The translations under genes and the position numbers were made by a program. Positions 1 through 7,976 of a stretch of DNA of 12,617 nucleotides are shown here, in pieces. Source of the stretch: Gemmatimonadaceae bacterium (GTDB lineage Bacteria > Gemmatimonadota > Gemmatimonadetes > Gemmatimonadales > Gemmatimonadaceae); assembly GCA_040902005.1 (NCBI GenBank), contig JBBDYA010000118.1, positions 1 to 12,617 on the forward strand. Direction: 5' to 3'. Under the pieces are notes generated by a model. It was not told the origin of the DNA, made no database searches, and saw nothing but the letters and a program-made list of their open reading frames with translations. Positions within the stretch are counted from its first letter, which is position 1. Every line of letters starts with the position of its first letter.

Positions 1-2586
1 GACGACCTCTGGCTCGATCCCGGCAGGGTCGCGTCGGACCTGGCCCGCTTCGACGCCGCCATGCAGGACGGCGACGCCGAGGCCGCGGTCGAGTTGTATC
101 GCGGTGTCTTCGCCGAGGGATTTCACGTAAGCGGAGCGTCGGACTTCGAGCGCTGGCTGGAGCAGACGCGCGAGCGCTACCATCGCGGATTTCGCCAGGC
201 GCTGGAGGCGGTGGCCACCCGCCTGGACGCGGCGGGCGAGCCGCGCCGCGCCGCCGACACCTGGCTCCGGCTCGCGGCTGAAGACCCGGCCTACGCGCGC
301 GTGCTGGTGCACGCCATGCGCTCGCTGGACGCCGCCGGCAATCGCGGCGCGGCGCGGCGCCAGGCCGGCGTGTACGAGGCGTTCGTGCGCGCCGAATTCG
401 GCGCCGATCCCGCGCCGGAGGTCAGCGACCTTGTGACGGCGCTGCGCCGTGCGCAGGACGGGGAGACCGGGCTGCCAATGCCCGGTGCGGTTCTGGCCGG
501 CAGCGTCGTCGGCGTCGGCGGCAACGGCGAAGACGGCGGCCGGGGCCGCGTCGAGGGCGGCGAGAGGACCGGCAGCGACGCGGCAGTGCCTGGCGCGCGC
601 CCGCGCTTGCCGGCGCGACTCTGGGTCGCGGCTGCCGTCTCAGCCGCCGTCATCATTTTCGCGGTCGGCCGGTCCGTTCAGCGCGGCGCCGCCGCGACCA
701 ACACGAACGGTCGGACGGCTCGAACTACGGTGCTCCCCTTCACGCAGCAGGGCGCGCCACACTCGCCCGATCTCGGTGAAGCCTTCGCTGAAGTGCTGGC
801 GGCCGCGCTCGACGGCGTGGGAGCGAGTGGGGGGGGGGGGGCCTCGATGCGGGGACTGGTCGAAACCGGAAGCGTACACGAGGCTGGGGGACGCCTGCGC
901 GTGCGCGCTACGCTCCAGGGCGACGGCGGCGCGGAGTTGGCCGAGGCGTCCGCGGAGGGCTCCGTGCAACAACCGTTCGACCTCGTGGACGGGCTCGCGC
1001 TCCAGCTCATCGCGTCACGCTGGTCGCACCCGTGGCAGCGGACGCTCGCGGCGGCGGCGCGGTCCACGACGTCGCTGGAGGCGCTCAAGGCGTACCTTGC
1101 GGGCGAGAAGGAGCGCGGCGCCGGCCGCTTCGCGCCGGCCGCGGAGTGGTTCGCCCGCGCCGTGGCGGCGGACACCGCCTTCGCGCTCGGCTACTACCGC
1201 CTGAGCATGACCACGCTCGCGGCCGACCTTCCCATGGCGGAGGCCGAAGCCGCCGACGAGCTGGCGGCGCGCCATGCCCTGCGGCTGTCCGAAACGGAGC
1301 GGCTGCTGCTGCGGGGGTACGCCGCATTCCGAGAGGGCGACCCGGAAGTGGCCGAGCAGCTCTACGGTGGCGTCGTTGCGACCTACCCGGACGATGTGGA
1401 AGCGTGGCGCCAGTTGGGGGAGACGTTCTTTCATTACAATCCGCTGCGAGGCCGCCCGATCTCCGAGGCGCGCGCGGCGTTCGAGCGTGTGCTGGCGCGC
1501 GAGCCGGGCGACTGGGATGCGCTCTGGCACCTGGCGCTGCTGGACCTCCACGACGGCGACCGCCGACGTGCGCAGGGCCGCCTTCAGGCGCTGGCCGCGC
1601 TGCGGCCGGGGGCGGGCCACTTGCTGGAGGTGCGCACGCTTGCGGCGCTTGCGGCGCTGGCGGCGGCGGGCCGCGCGCAGAAGTCCGCCGCGCTGCCCGA
1701 AGCGTTGTCGGCCGAGTTGTCGCGTGCCGACGAACTACTGCTTCACCGGCTCGTGTGGCGTTCTGCCGTTTACCTGGGCGACCTCGACGCCGCCGGGCAG
1801 ATCGCGCGGCTGAGCGTGTCCGAGGGGCGGCCCCGACACGGACGCTTTGTGGCCGAGCGGGACCTGGCCATGCTGGAGTTCGCGCGCGGTCGGTGGCGCG
1901 CCGGACAGGCGCGTCTCGCCGGCGCTACACTGGCCATTGGCGTCTATCGTGAGACCGAGATTTTCACGCGCGTGTTGTTCGCCGTGAATCCGGCGGCGCC
2001 GAGGCCCGCGGCAGAGCTGCGCGCGCTGCGCGACACGCTCAGCGGGCTGCCGGTGAACGGCGAGGGCTCGCACCGGGCGCAGTACCTGGCGCTGCTGGAC
2101 GCCGCGCTGGGCGACACCGCCGCGGCGCTCCGGGCCGCGCGCCGGATGGAGGGCGTCCGTCCTGCGGGGGCCACGTTGATCCGGGCGGCCGTGGCGCTGG
2201 TGCGCGGCGACGGACGCGCGGCGGCGCGGGAGTTCGAGACCGGGCCGGCACAGCCGTTCGGGTACTTCGGTCTGGCGCTCACGAATTTCGAGAAGTCGCG
2301 CATGCTGGAGCGATTCCTGTACGCGGAAGCGCTGCGCACCAGCGGCCGTTCCCGGGAGGCGCTGGGGTACTACGCGTCCTTCGGCGAGCACGCGCCGCAC
2401 GATCTGGCGTTCCTGGGGCCGGCGCACATGCGCATGGCCGAGATTTACGAGGGTGAGGGCGACACGTCCCGAGCCAGAGATCACTACTCGCGTTTCATCG
2501 GGCTGTGGGGCGGTGAAGGTGGCGACGCCGAGTTGCGTCCGCTGATCGAGCAGGCCCGGGCGCGGCTGGCCGGGCTCGATGATTGA
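1..2586 (+). CDS. Membrane-anchored BTAD (SARP-family activator domain) transcriptional regulator with TolB-like and TPR C-terminal region; 5' end lies outside the window
   Basis: The frame is open from base 1 (DDLWLDPGRVASDLARFDAAM...), so ATG 61 is internal. BTAD-like motifs: 'AVELYRGVFAEGF...FERWLEQTRERY', 'LAAEDP...AMRSLDAAGNRGAA...EFGADPAPE'. One hydrophobic helix LWVAAAVSAAVIIFAVG (~619-669). TolB-N-like 'VLPF...GSVHEAGGRLRVRATL'. 'TTSLEALKAYLAGE...AVAADTAFALGYYRL' is followed by TPR-like helices. Stop TGA at 2584-2586. Confidence 0.85.
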   Translation, partial: DDLWLDPGRVASDLARFDAAMQDGDAEAAVELYRGVFAEGFHVSGASDFERWLEQTRERYHRGFRQALEAVATRLDAAGEPRRAADTWLRLAAEDPAYARVLVHAMRSLDAAGNRGAARRQAGVYEAFVRAEFGADPAPEVSDLVTALRRAQDGETGLPMPGAVLAGSVVGVGGNGEDGGRGRVEGGERTGSDAAVPGARPRLPARLWVAAAVSAAVIIFAVGRSVQRGAAATNTNGRTARTTVLPFTQQGAPHSPDLGEAFAEVLAAALDGVGASGGGGASMRGLVETGSVHEAGGRLRVRATLQGDGGAELAEASAEGSVQQPFDLVDGLALQLIASRWSHPWQRTLAAAARSTTSLEALKAYLAGEKERGAGRFAPAAEWFARAVAADTAFALGYYRLSMTTLAADLPMAEAEAADELAARHALRLSETERLLLRGYAAFREGDPEVAEQLYGGVVATYPDDVEAWRQLGETFFHYNPLRGRPISEARAAFERVLAREPGDWDALWHLALLDLHDGDRRRAQGRLQALAALRPGAGHLLEVRTLAALAALAAAGRAQKSAALPEALSAELSRADELLLHRLVWRSAVYLGDLDAAGQIARLSVSEGRPRHGRFVAERDLAMLEFARGRWRAGQARLAGATLAIGVYRETEIFTRVLFAVNPAAPRPAAELRALRDTLSGLPVNGEGSHRAQYLALLDAALGDTAAALRAARRMEGVRPAGATLIRAAVALVRGDGRAAAREFETGPAQPFGYFGLALTNFEKSRMLERFLYAEALRTSGRSREALGYYASFGEHAPHDLAFLGPAHMRMAEIYEGEGDTSRARDHYSRFIGLWGGEGGDAELRPLIEQARARLAGLDD

Positions 2587-2896
2587 TCGGCACGCGCCGC
2601 TCGGCCTGCGCCGCCGATCACCCATTCCACTCTCTGACTGGCGATGGTACCGGATCACTCACTGGTGCGCCGCGATCGGCGCGCTGGGAGCATGTGTCTA
2701 CTTCTTCGCGACATTTCGCGGCTGGATTCCGGGGGACTCTGGTCCGCTGTCTTCGCTACTGCTCCTGGGCTCATCCACCGCTGCCATCTGGAGCCTGTTG
2801 ATCTTTCGCCGCTTCGGTGTCGTGGCGGTCATACTTCAGTCATTGTCGGTGCTCCTGCTGGTGGCGAGCATCGCCAGCTTGAGCCGTGGCGACTAG
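2579..2896 (+). CDS. Small hypothetical membrane protein (~3 TM helices)
   Basis: ATG overlaps the upstream stop (ATGATTGA). Hydrophobic stretches WCAAIGALGACVYFFATF, LSSLLLLGSSTAAIWSLLIF and VVAVILQSLSVLLLVASIASL. The ORF fills the gap exactly. True start uncertain. Confidence 0.6.
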   Translation: MIDRHAPLGLRRRSPIPLSDWRWYRITHWCAAIGALGACVYFFATFRGWIPGDSGPLSSLLLLGSSTAAIWSLLIFRRFGVVAVILQSLSVLLLVASIASLSRGD

Positions 2897-2909
2897 CACC
2901 CAGGCGCAC

Positions 2910-3563
2910 ATGACAGCCCGGGCCGTCGCGCGCGCTGCCGCCACTCTCTCGCTTTCGCTGCTGGCGTCGTGCACCACGTTCGTGTCGGTGCGCCCCGCGC
3001 AGGTGTCGCATGGCAGCTCGTTGCTGTTACAGGCGAGCGCCACCGCCCCGCCCGGAGAATTGGCTGGATGGATGTGGTCATTCGACTGTGCGGAGGGCTG
3101 CAACCACGGCATTCCCGGATTGGAGATCGGCTACGGTCGCGGCATATCCGATTCCACGCGAGCGTGGTACGTGGAGGGCGGAGCGGCATTGCCGGTGACA
3201 CCATACCTCGAGGTGTACCGCCAGGTCGGTGACCGGTCGCGTCCGCGTGGATTCGGTGTCCGCGTCGGAGCCCCGGTAGCCGGGTGGGGGGAGTACCGGG
3301 CATTCTACAGGACGGACCCGCGCCCCAACCTCACAGCCAACACGCACCTGGTCGTCGCGTCCGGCCATTCGCCGAACGGGGAGAGCTCAGCCACCTTCAT
3401 CGCGCTGATCCAGAGCTTTGGGCGGATGAGCAACGGAGCGACGTCGGGGTTCATTCCGTCGTTTTCGTTCGGCGTCACGCACACGCTGCGCAACCGATAT
3501 GGCGAACAGGAGAGCGCCCTGGGCCTGCTGGCATTGGTGTCCGTCTTCGCCCGGAGCCGCTAG
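2910..3563 (+). CDS. Hypothetical lipoprotein, beta-strand-rich (possibly outer-membrane)
   Basis: From ATG 2910: MTARAVARAAATLSLSLLASC, i.e. basic n-region, hydrophobic h-region and lipobox LAS-C. The mature part has alternating aromatic/Gly strands (LEIGYGRG, YLEVYRQ, FGVRVG, FIPSFSFGV). Confidence 0.7.
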   Translation: MTARAVARAAATLSLSLLASCTTFVSVRPAQVSHGSSLLLQASATAPPGELAGWMWSFDCAEGCNHGIPGLEIGYGRGISDSTRAWYVEGGAALPVTPYLEVYRQVGDRSRPRGFGVRVGAPVAGWGEYRAFYRTDPRPNLTANTHLVVASGHSPNGESSATFIALIQSFGRMSNGATSGFIPSFSFGVTHTLRNRYGEQESALGLLALVSVFARSR

Positions 3564-3594
3564 GCATGACTGCGCCACGCCATGGGAGACTTCC

Positions 3595-4005
3595 ATGACT
3601 GCACCAGAGATTGCCGGCATCTCACCGTTCTTCATCGTCAGGGACGTCCCCGTCGCGCTGGCGTTCTATCGCGACCGGCTCGGCTTCGACATCACGTTCC
3701 AGGGGCCGCAGCCCGACGACATGTTCTTCGGCATCGTGAACAGAGGGGGCGCGCAGATCCTGCTCAAGGACGTTGGCGTGACTCCGGTGCCGAATTACAC
3801 GCGAGACGTCAACCAGGGCATCGCCCGCTGGGACGCATTCGTCATCGTCCCCGACCCTGACGCGCTGGCGGCCGAGTTCGCGTCCCGGAACGTCGAATTC
3901 TTCGAGCCCCTCAAGGACACCGAGGACGGTCTTCGTGGCTTCGAGGTCAAGGACGCGGACGGCTATCTCCTGTTCTTCGGTCGCCCTCAGCCCCCGCTAC
4001 TATAG
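3595..4005 (+). CDS. VOC family (glyoxalase/bleomycin-resistance-like) protein
   Basis: GGAG at 3585-3588 precedes ATG 3595. Motifs 'ISPFFIVRDVPVALAFYRDRLGF', 'VPDPDALAAEF' and 'GLRGFEVKDADGYLLFFG' are typical of the VOC fold. Confidence 0.9.
   Translation: MTAPEIAGISPFFIVRDVPVALAFYRDRLGFDITFQGPQPDDMFFGIVNRGGAQILLKDVGVTPVPNYTRDVNQGIARWDAFVIVPDPDALAAEFASRNVEFFEPLKDTEDGLRGFEVKDADGYLLFFGRPQPPLL
3998..4003 (+). promoter_or_regulatory. Putative -10 box for a leaderless glcDEF transcript
   Basis: TACTAT (TAnnnT) sits 6 nt before GTG 4010, with no SD motif upstream. Confidence 0.45.
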
Positions 4006-4009
4006 ATGT

Positions 4010-5479
4010 GTGACTGCGCCTCCCGTCCCCTCCGCCACCCGCGCCCCCATCACCCCCGCGCTGGCCGACACACTCGGCCAGATCGTGGGACGCAGCCGAG
4101 TCATCGCCCGCAGCAGCGAGCTTCTCGCCTATAGCTCCGACGGACTCCCCGGCTACACAAAAATCCCGTCGCTCGCCGTCTTCCCCGGCACCCGCGCCGA
4201 GGTCGTCGCCGTGGTGCGCGCCCTCGCCGAAGCGAAGGTGCCGTTCGTGCCGCGCGGCGCCGGCACCGGACTCTCCGGCGGCGCGCTCGCCGACGGCGTC
4301 GTACTCCTCGGCCTCAACCGGCTCAAGCGCATCATCTCTGTTGACACCGTGAACCAGCTCGCCGTCGTCGAACCGGGCGTGGTCAACACGGTGCTCACCC
4401 GCAACGTGGCGCAGTACGGGTTGCACTACGCGCCCGACCCGTCCAGCCAGGCGGCATGCACCATCGGCGGCAACGTCGCCGAGAATGCCGGCGGACCGCA
4501 CTGCCTGAAGTACGGCGTCACGCTCAATCACATCGCTGCCATCACGGCCGTGCTGCCGGACGGCAGCATCACCGCGCTGGGCAATGCGAGCGGCGAGACC
4601 ACCGGGTACGACCTCGTCGGCGCGTTCGTGGGATCCGAGGGGTGCTTCGGTGTGGCGCTGGACGTCACGGTGCGTCTCCAGCGCAATCCACAGGCGGTGC
4701 GCACGCTGCTCGCGGACTTCACTTCCATCAACGCCGCGGCCCGCTCGGTGTCCGCGATCATCGCGCGCGGCATCCTCCCCGCCGCACTCGAGATGATGGA
4801 CGCGCCGACGATCCAGGCGGTGGAGGCGTCCATCTATGCCGCGGGCTATCCCGTGGACGCGGCCGCGGTCCTGCTCATCGAGTTGGACGGCTTCGAGGCC
4901 GGCCTAAACGAAGACGTCGCCGCCGTCGTGGCCATGTGCACCGAGGCCGGCGCGCGGCAGGTACGTGTCGCGCGCGACGACGCCGAACGCGCGCGGCTCT
5001 GGCAGGGGCGCAAGAAGGCGTTCGGCGCGATGGGGCGCGTGGCGCGCCATCTCGTGGTGCAGGACGCGGTGGTGCCGCGCACGAAGATTCCCGCGGTGCT
5101 CGACCTGATCCACTCCATCTCCGAGCGATACCGCGTGAAGGTCTGCAACGTGTTCCACGCGGGTGACGGCAACCTGCACCCCAACATCGGCTACAACGCG
5201 GAAGACCCGGACGAGTCCGCGCGCGTTCACAGCGCGATGCGCGAGATCATGGAGGCGTGCATCGCCGCCGGCGGCAGCATCACCGGCGAACATGGCGTGG
5301 GGCTGGACAAGCTCCCCTACATGGACCAGCTCTTCACCCCCGACACGCTCGGCGCGATGTGCGCGCTGCGCGACGTGTTCGATCCGGACCGGCGCGCGAA
5401 TCCGGGTAAGGTCGTTCCGGTGCACAGCTGCCGCGAATGGCACGCTGCGCCCGCGGCGCGGCGGGCGGTGACGACGTGA
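4010..5479 (+). CDS. glcD: Glycolate oxidase subunit GlcD (FAD-linked oxidase)
   Basis: GTG 4010 lies just after the VOC stop. FAD-binding motifs 'PRGAGTGLSGGA', 'APDPSSQAACTIGGNVAENAGGPHCLKYGVT', 'GSEGCFG'; C-terminal 'HAGDGNLHP', 'GEHGVG', 'NPGK'. Followed by glcE and glcF. Confidence 0.9.
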   Translation: MTAPPVPSATRAPITPALADTLGQIVGRSRVIARSSELLAYSSDGLPGYTKIPSLAVFPGTRAEVVAVVRALAEAKVPFVPRGAGTGLSGGALADGVVLLGLNRLKRIISVDTVNQLAVVEPGVVNTVLTRNVAQYGLHYAPDPSSQAACTIGGNVAENAGGPHCLKYGVTLNHIAAITAVLPDGSITALGNASGETTGYDLVGAFVGSEGCFGVALDVTVRLQRNPQAVRTLLADFTSINAAARSVSAIIARGILPAALEMMDAPTIQAVEASIYAAGYPVDAAAVLLIELDGFEAGLNEDVAAVVAMCTEAGARQVRVARDDAERARLWQGRKKAFGAMGRVARHLVVQDAVVPRTKIPAVLDLIHSISERYRVKVCNVFHAGDGNLHPNIGYNAEDPDESARVHSAMREIMEACIAAGGSITGEHGVGLDKLPYMDQLFTPDTLGAMCALRDVFDPDRRANPGKVVPVHSCREWHAAPAARRAVTT

Positions 5480-6618
5480 CGCCGATCGTGGAGCGCATCC
5501 GCGAGGCTGCCGCCGAGCGCCGGCCGCTGCGGGTGACGAGCGCGGGCACGTGGCTGAGCGCCGGACATCCCGTGGACGCGGGCGACACGCTGTCGCTCGC
5601 GGATCACGCCGGCATTGTCGAGTACGTGCCCGGTGACCTCACGCTCACCGCGCGCGCGGGCACCACGCTGTCCGAAATCACCGCCGCGACGGGGGCGAAC
5701 GACCAGTGGTTGCCGCTCGATCCCTGGGGGGGTGACGACGGCACGCTCGGCGCCACGCTCGCCACCGCGACGGCCGGGCCGCACGCGCACAGTATGGGGT
5801 TGCCGCGCGACGTGGTGCTCGGCGTGGAGTTCGTCACCGGCACCGCGCAGGTGGTGCGCGCCGGCGGACGCGTGGTGAAGAACGTCGCGGGGTTCGACCT
5901 CACGCGGCTGATCACCGGCTCCTGGGGCACGCTCGGCGTCATCGTGGAAGCGACAGTGCGGCTGCGCGCGCGACCACAGCAGACGCGCACGCTCGTCATT
6001 CCCGCGCAAACGACTCGCGCCGATCTCTCCGCGCTCGCGATGCAACTCCGCGCCCTGCCCTTCACGCCGCTGGCGTCCGAGCTGGTGAACGCACGCCTTG
6101 CCGCTCACCTGGAGCTTGGCGCCCACGCATGCCTGCTGGTGCGCGTGGGCGGAAACGCGCACTCGGTGTCGGCGCAGCTGGACCGCCTGCGCGAGCTTGG
6201 CGTCCCAACGGATGCGAGCGAAACGGTGTGGAACACGCTGCGCACCGCGGAACGCGGAGCCGTGGCCTCCTGGCGCTGGTCGAATCTGCCCTCCGAGTTC
6301 GGCGAGACATGGACCGCGGCGGACGTCGCCACGCGGCCACTCGAAGGGGGAGGGGGGGCGTTCATCCACGGCAATCCGGCGCGCGGGGTGGTGCGTGTCG
6401 CCGTCATGCAACCGAAGGCGACGCCGGCGAAGCTCGCGCAAGCGGCGAGCGACTTTCACGGCACGATCGCCATCGAGCAGCTCCCCCCGGCGGCGTGGTC
6501 GCTGCTGCCGCCGTCGTCACGCCGCAGCGGGTTGTCGCGCGCCATCCGCGAGAAGTTCGATCCGGCGGGCGTGCTGAATCCCGGCATCATGGAGCACGAG
6601 ATGGGAGCGCTCGCGTGA
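5476..6618 (+). CDS. glcE: Glycolate oxidase FAD-binding subunit GlcE
   Basis: GTGA overlap with the glcD stop. Motifs 'GIVEYVPGDLTLTARAGT', 'GGRVVKNVAGFDLTRLITGSWGTLGVI' and terminal 'FDPAGVLNPG'. Confidence 0.88.
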   Translation: MTPIVERIREAAAERRPLRVTSAGTWLSAGHPVDAGDTLSLADHAGIVEYVPGDLTLTARAGTTLSEITAATGANDQWLPLDPWGGDDGTLGATLATATAGPHAHSMGLPRDVVLGVEFVTGTAQVVRAGGRVVKNVAGFDLTRLITGSWGTLGVIVEATVRLRARPQQTRTLVIPAQTTRADLSALAMQLRALPFTPLASELVNARLAAHLELGAHACLLVRVGGNAHSVSAQLDRLRELGVPTDASETVWNTLRTAERGAVASWRWSNLPSEFGETWTAADVATRPLEGGGGAFIHGNPARGVVRVAVMQPKATPAKLAQAASDFHGTIAIEQLPPAAWSLLPPSSRRSGLSRAIREKFDPAGVLNPGIMEHEMGALA

Positions 6619-7943
6619 CCGCGGCCGGCAACCCCGCCACGCTGCACGGCGGCCCCGCGCACTGCGCGTTGCCGGATACGCCACTCGCGCGCGCGAAGGC
6701 GGGGCTGGACGCGTGCGTGCACTGCGGCTTCTGCCTTCAGGCGTGCCCCACGTACGTTGTGCTCGAGGACGAGAATGACAGTCCGCGCGGCCGGCTGCTG
6801 CTCATGCGATCGCTCCGGGAGGGCACGGTGGAGACGAGCGACGACGCCGTGCGCGGCCACCTGGACCGATGCCTGGGCTGTCGCGCGTGTGAGACGGCGT
6901 GCCCTTCCGGGGTGCCGTATGGCCACCTGCTGGAAGCGACGCGCGCCACGCTCACCGCGCGCCACCCATTGCCGCTCGGCGCGCGGATGATGCTCGGCGT
7001 GTTCACGCGCCCGTGGCTGCTGCGCGCTCTGATGAGGGCTGGGCGGGTGATGCGCGCGGCCGGCCTGGCGACCGTATTGTCGCGCGTGTTGCCGGGACGG
7101 TTTGGATTCGCGCTGCACATGCTGGCTGCCACCCGGGTTCCGCTGAAGCGCGCATCGTATGTCGCCGCCGGCGACGGCAGCCGGCAGAGTGTCGCACTGC
7201 TGGAAGGGTGCGTCATGCAGGGCCTGTACGCCGAGACGAATCGTGCAACGGAGCGCACGCTCACGGTGAACGGGTACCGATGCACGAAGGCGGAGGGACA
7301 GGGGTGCTGCGGTGCGTTGCACGCGCACGCGGGGGATCTCCACGCCGCGCGCCGCCTCGCGAAGCGGAACATCGAGGCATTCGAGAAGTCCGGCGCCGAA
7401 CATGTCGTGTCGAACGCGGCGGGGTGCGGCGCGATGCTGAAGGAGTACGCGATCCTGCTCGAGGACGATCCCGACTGGTCAGCGCGCGCCAGGGAACTCT
7501 CGGCGCGAGCGCGCGACGTGTCCGAGCTGCTCGCGGCGGCGGGGCCGGCACCGGGCGGCGAACTGCCCGTGCGGGTGACATACGACCCACCCTGCCACCT
7601 GCTACACGCGCAACGGCTCAGCGCACCGCCGCTCGCGGTGCTTGGCGCGATTCCGGGCGTGAAGCTCGTGGAGCTCACGGACGCGGAGTACTGCTGCGGC
7701 GCCGCGGGGATCTACAACCTGCTGGAACCGCGCACCTCGGCCGCGGTGCTGGAGCCCAAGCTGCGGCACATCGAAGCGACGGGCGCGTCGTTCGTGGCGA
7801 CGGGTAATCCGGGGTGCCTGATGCAGATAGGCGCCGGATTGCGGCAGGACGGCAGCGTGACCCGCCCGATCCATCCGGTGGATCTCCTGGACGCTTCGTA
7901 CGCCGTTCGGTACTCCGCCACCGCGCCACCGGCGTCGTCATAG
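6615..7943 (+). CDS. glcF: Glycolate oxidase iron-sulfur subunit GlcF
   Basis: GTGA overlap with the glcE stop. Two 4Fe-4S motifs (CVHCGFCLQACPTY, CLGCRACETACPSGV), 'ENDSPRGR', two CCG domains (GCCGAL, CCGAAGIYN), 'PCHLLHAQ' and 'GNPGCLMQI'. Confidence 0.92.
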   Translation: MTAAGNPATLHGGPAHCALPDTPLARAKAGLDACVHCGFCLQACPTYVVLEDENDSPRGRLLLMRSLREGTVETSDDAVRGHLDRCLGCRACETACPSGVPYGHLLEATRATLTARHPLPLGARMMLGVFTRPWLLRALMRAGRVMRAAGLATVLSRVLPGRFGFALHMLAATRVPLKRASYVAAGDGSRQSVALLEGCVMQGLYAETNRATERTLTVNGYRCTKAEGQGCCGALHAHAGDLHAARRLAKRNIEAFEKSGAEHVVSNAAGCGAMLKEYAILLEDDPDWSARARELSARARDVSELLAAAGPAPGGELPVRVTYDPPCHLLHAQRLSAPPLAVLGAIPGVKLVELTDAEYCCGAAGIYNLLEPRTSAAVLEPKLRHIEATGASFVATGNPGCLMQIGAGLRQDGSVTRPIHPVDLLDASYAVRYSATAPPASS

Positions 7944-7960
7944 GACCGCGGCGAGGTCAT

Positions 7961-7969
7961 TGCTAGGTT
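7961..7969 (+). promoter_or_regulatory. Putative extended -10 box for a leaderless ygfZ-SDR transcript
   Basis: TGcTAGGTT (TGn-TAnnnT) ends 7 nt before ATG 7977, with no SD in between. Confidence 0.45.
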
Positions 7970-7976
7970 TTGGCTC

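Noticed and set aside
1639..1665. 9-bp tandem repeat (CTTGCGGCG)2-CTGGCGGCG encoding (LAA)3
   Set aside because: A short in-frame slippage duplication in an Ala/Leu-rich helix, with no evidence of function.
2579..4005. Integron cassette array of small genes
   Set aside because: Spacers are 31 nt or less, or genes overlap, leaving no room for attC sites. No integrase is present.
6129..6614. N-terminal extensions in the ORF track (glcF from 6129, glcD from 3935, glcE from 5437, SDR from 8869, VOC from 3499)
   Set aside because: They overlap upstream genes and read as Arg/Ala-rich off-frame sequence. Better starts exist at GTGA overlaps or just after the upstream stops.
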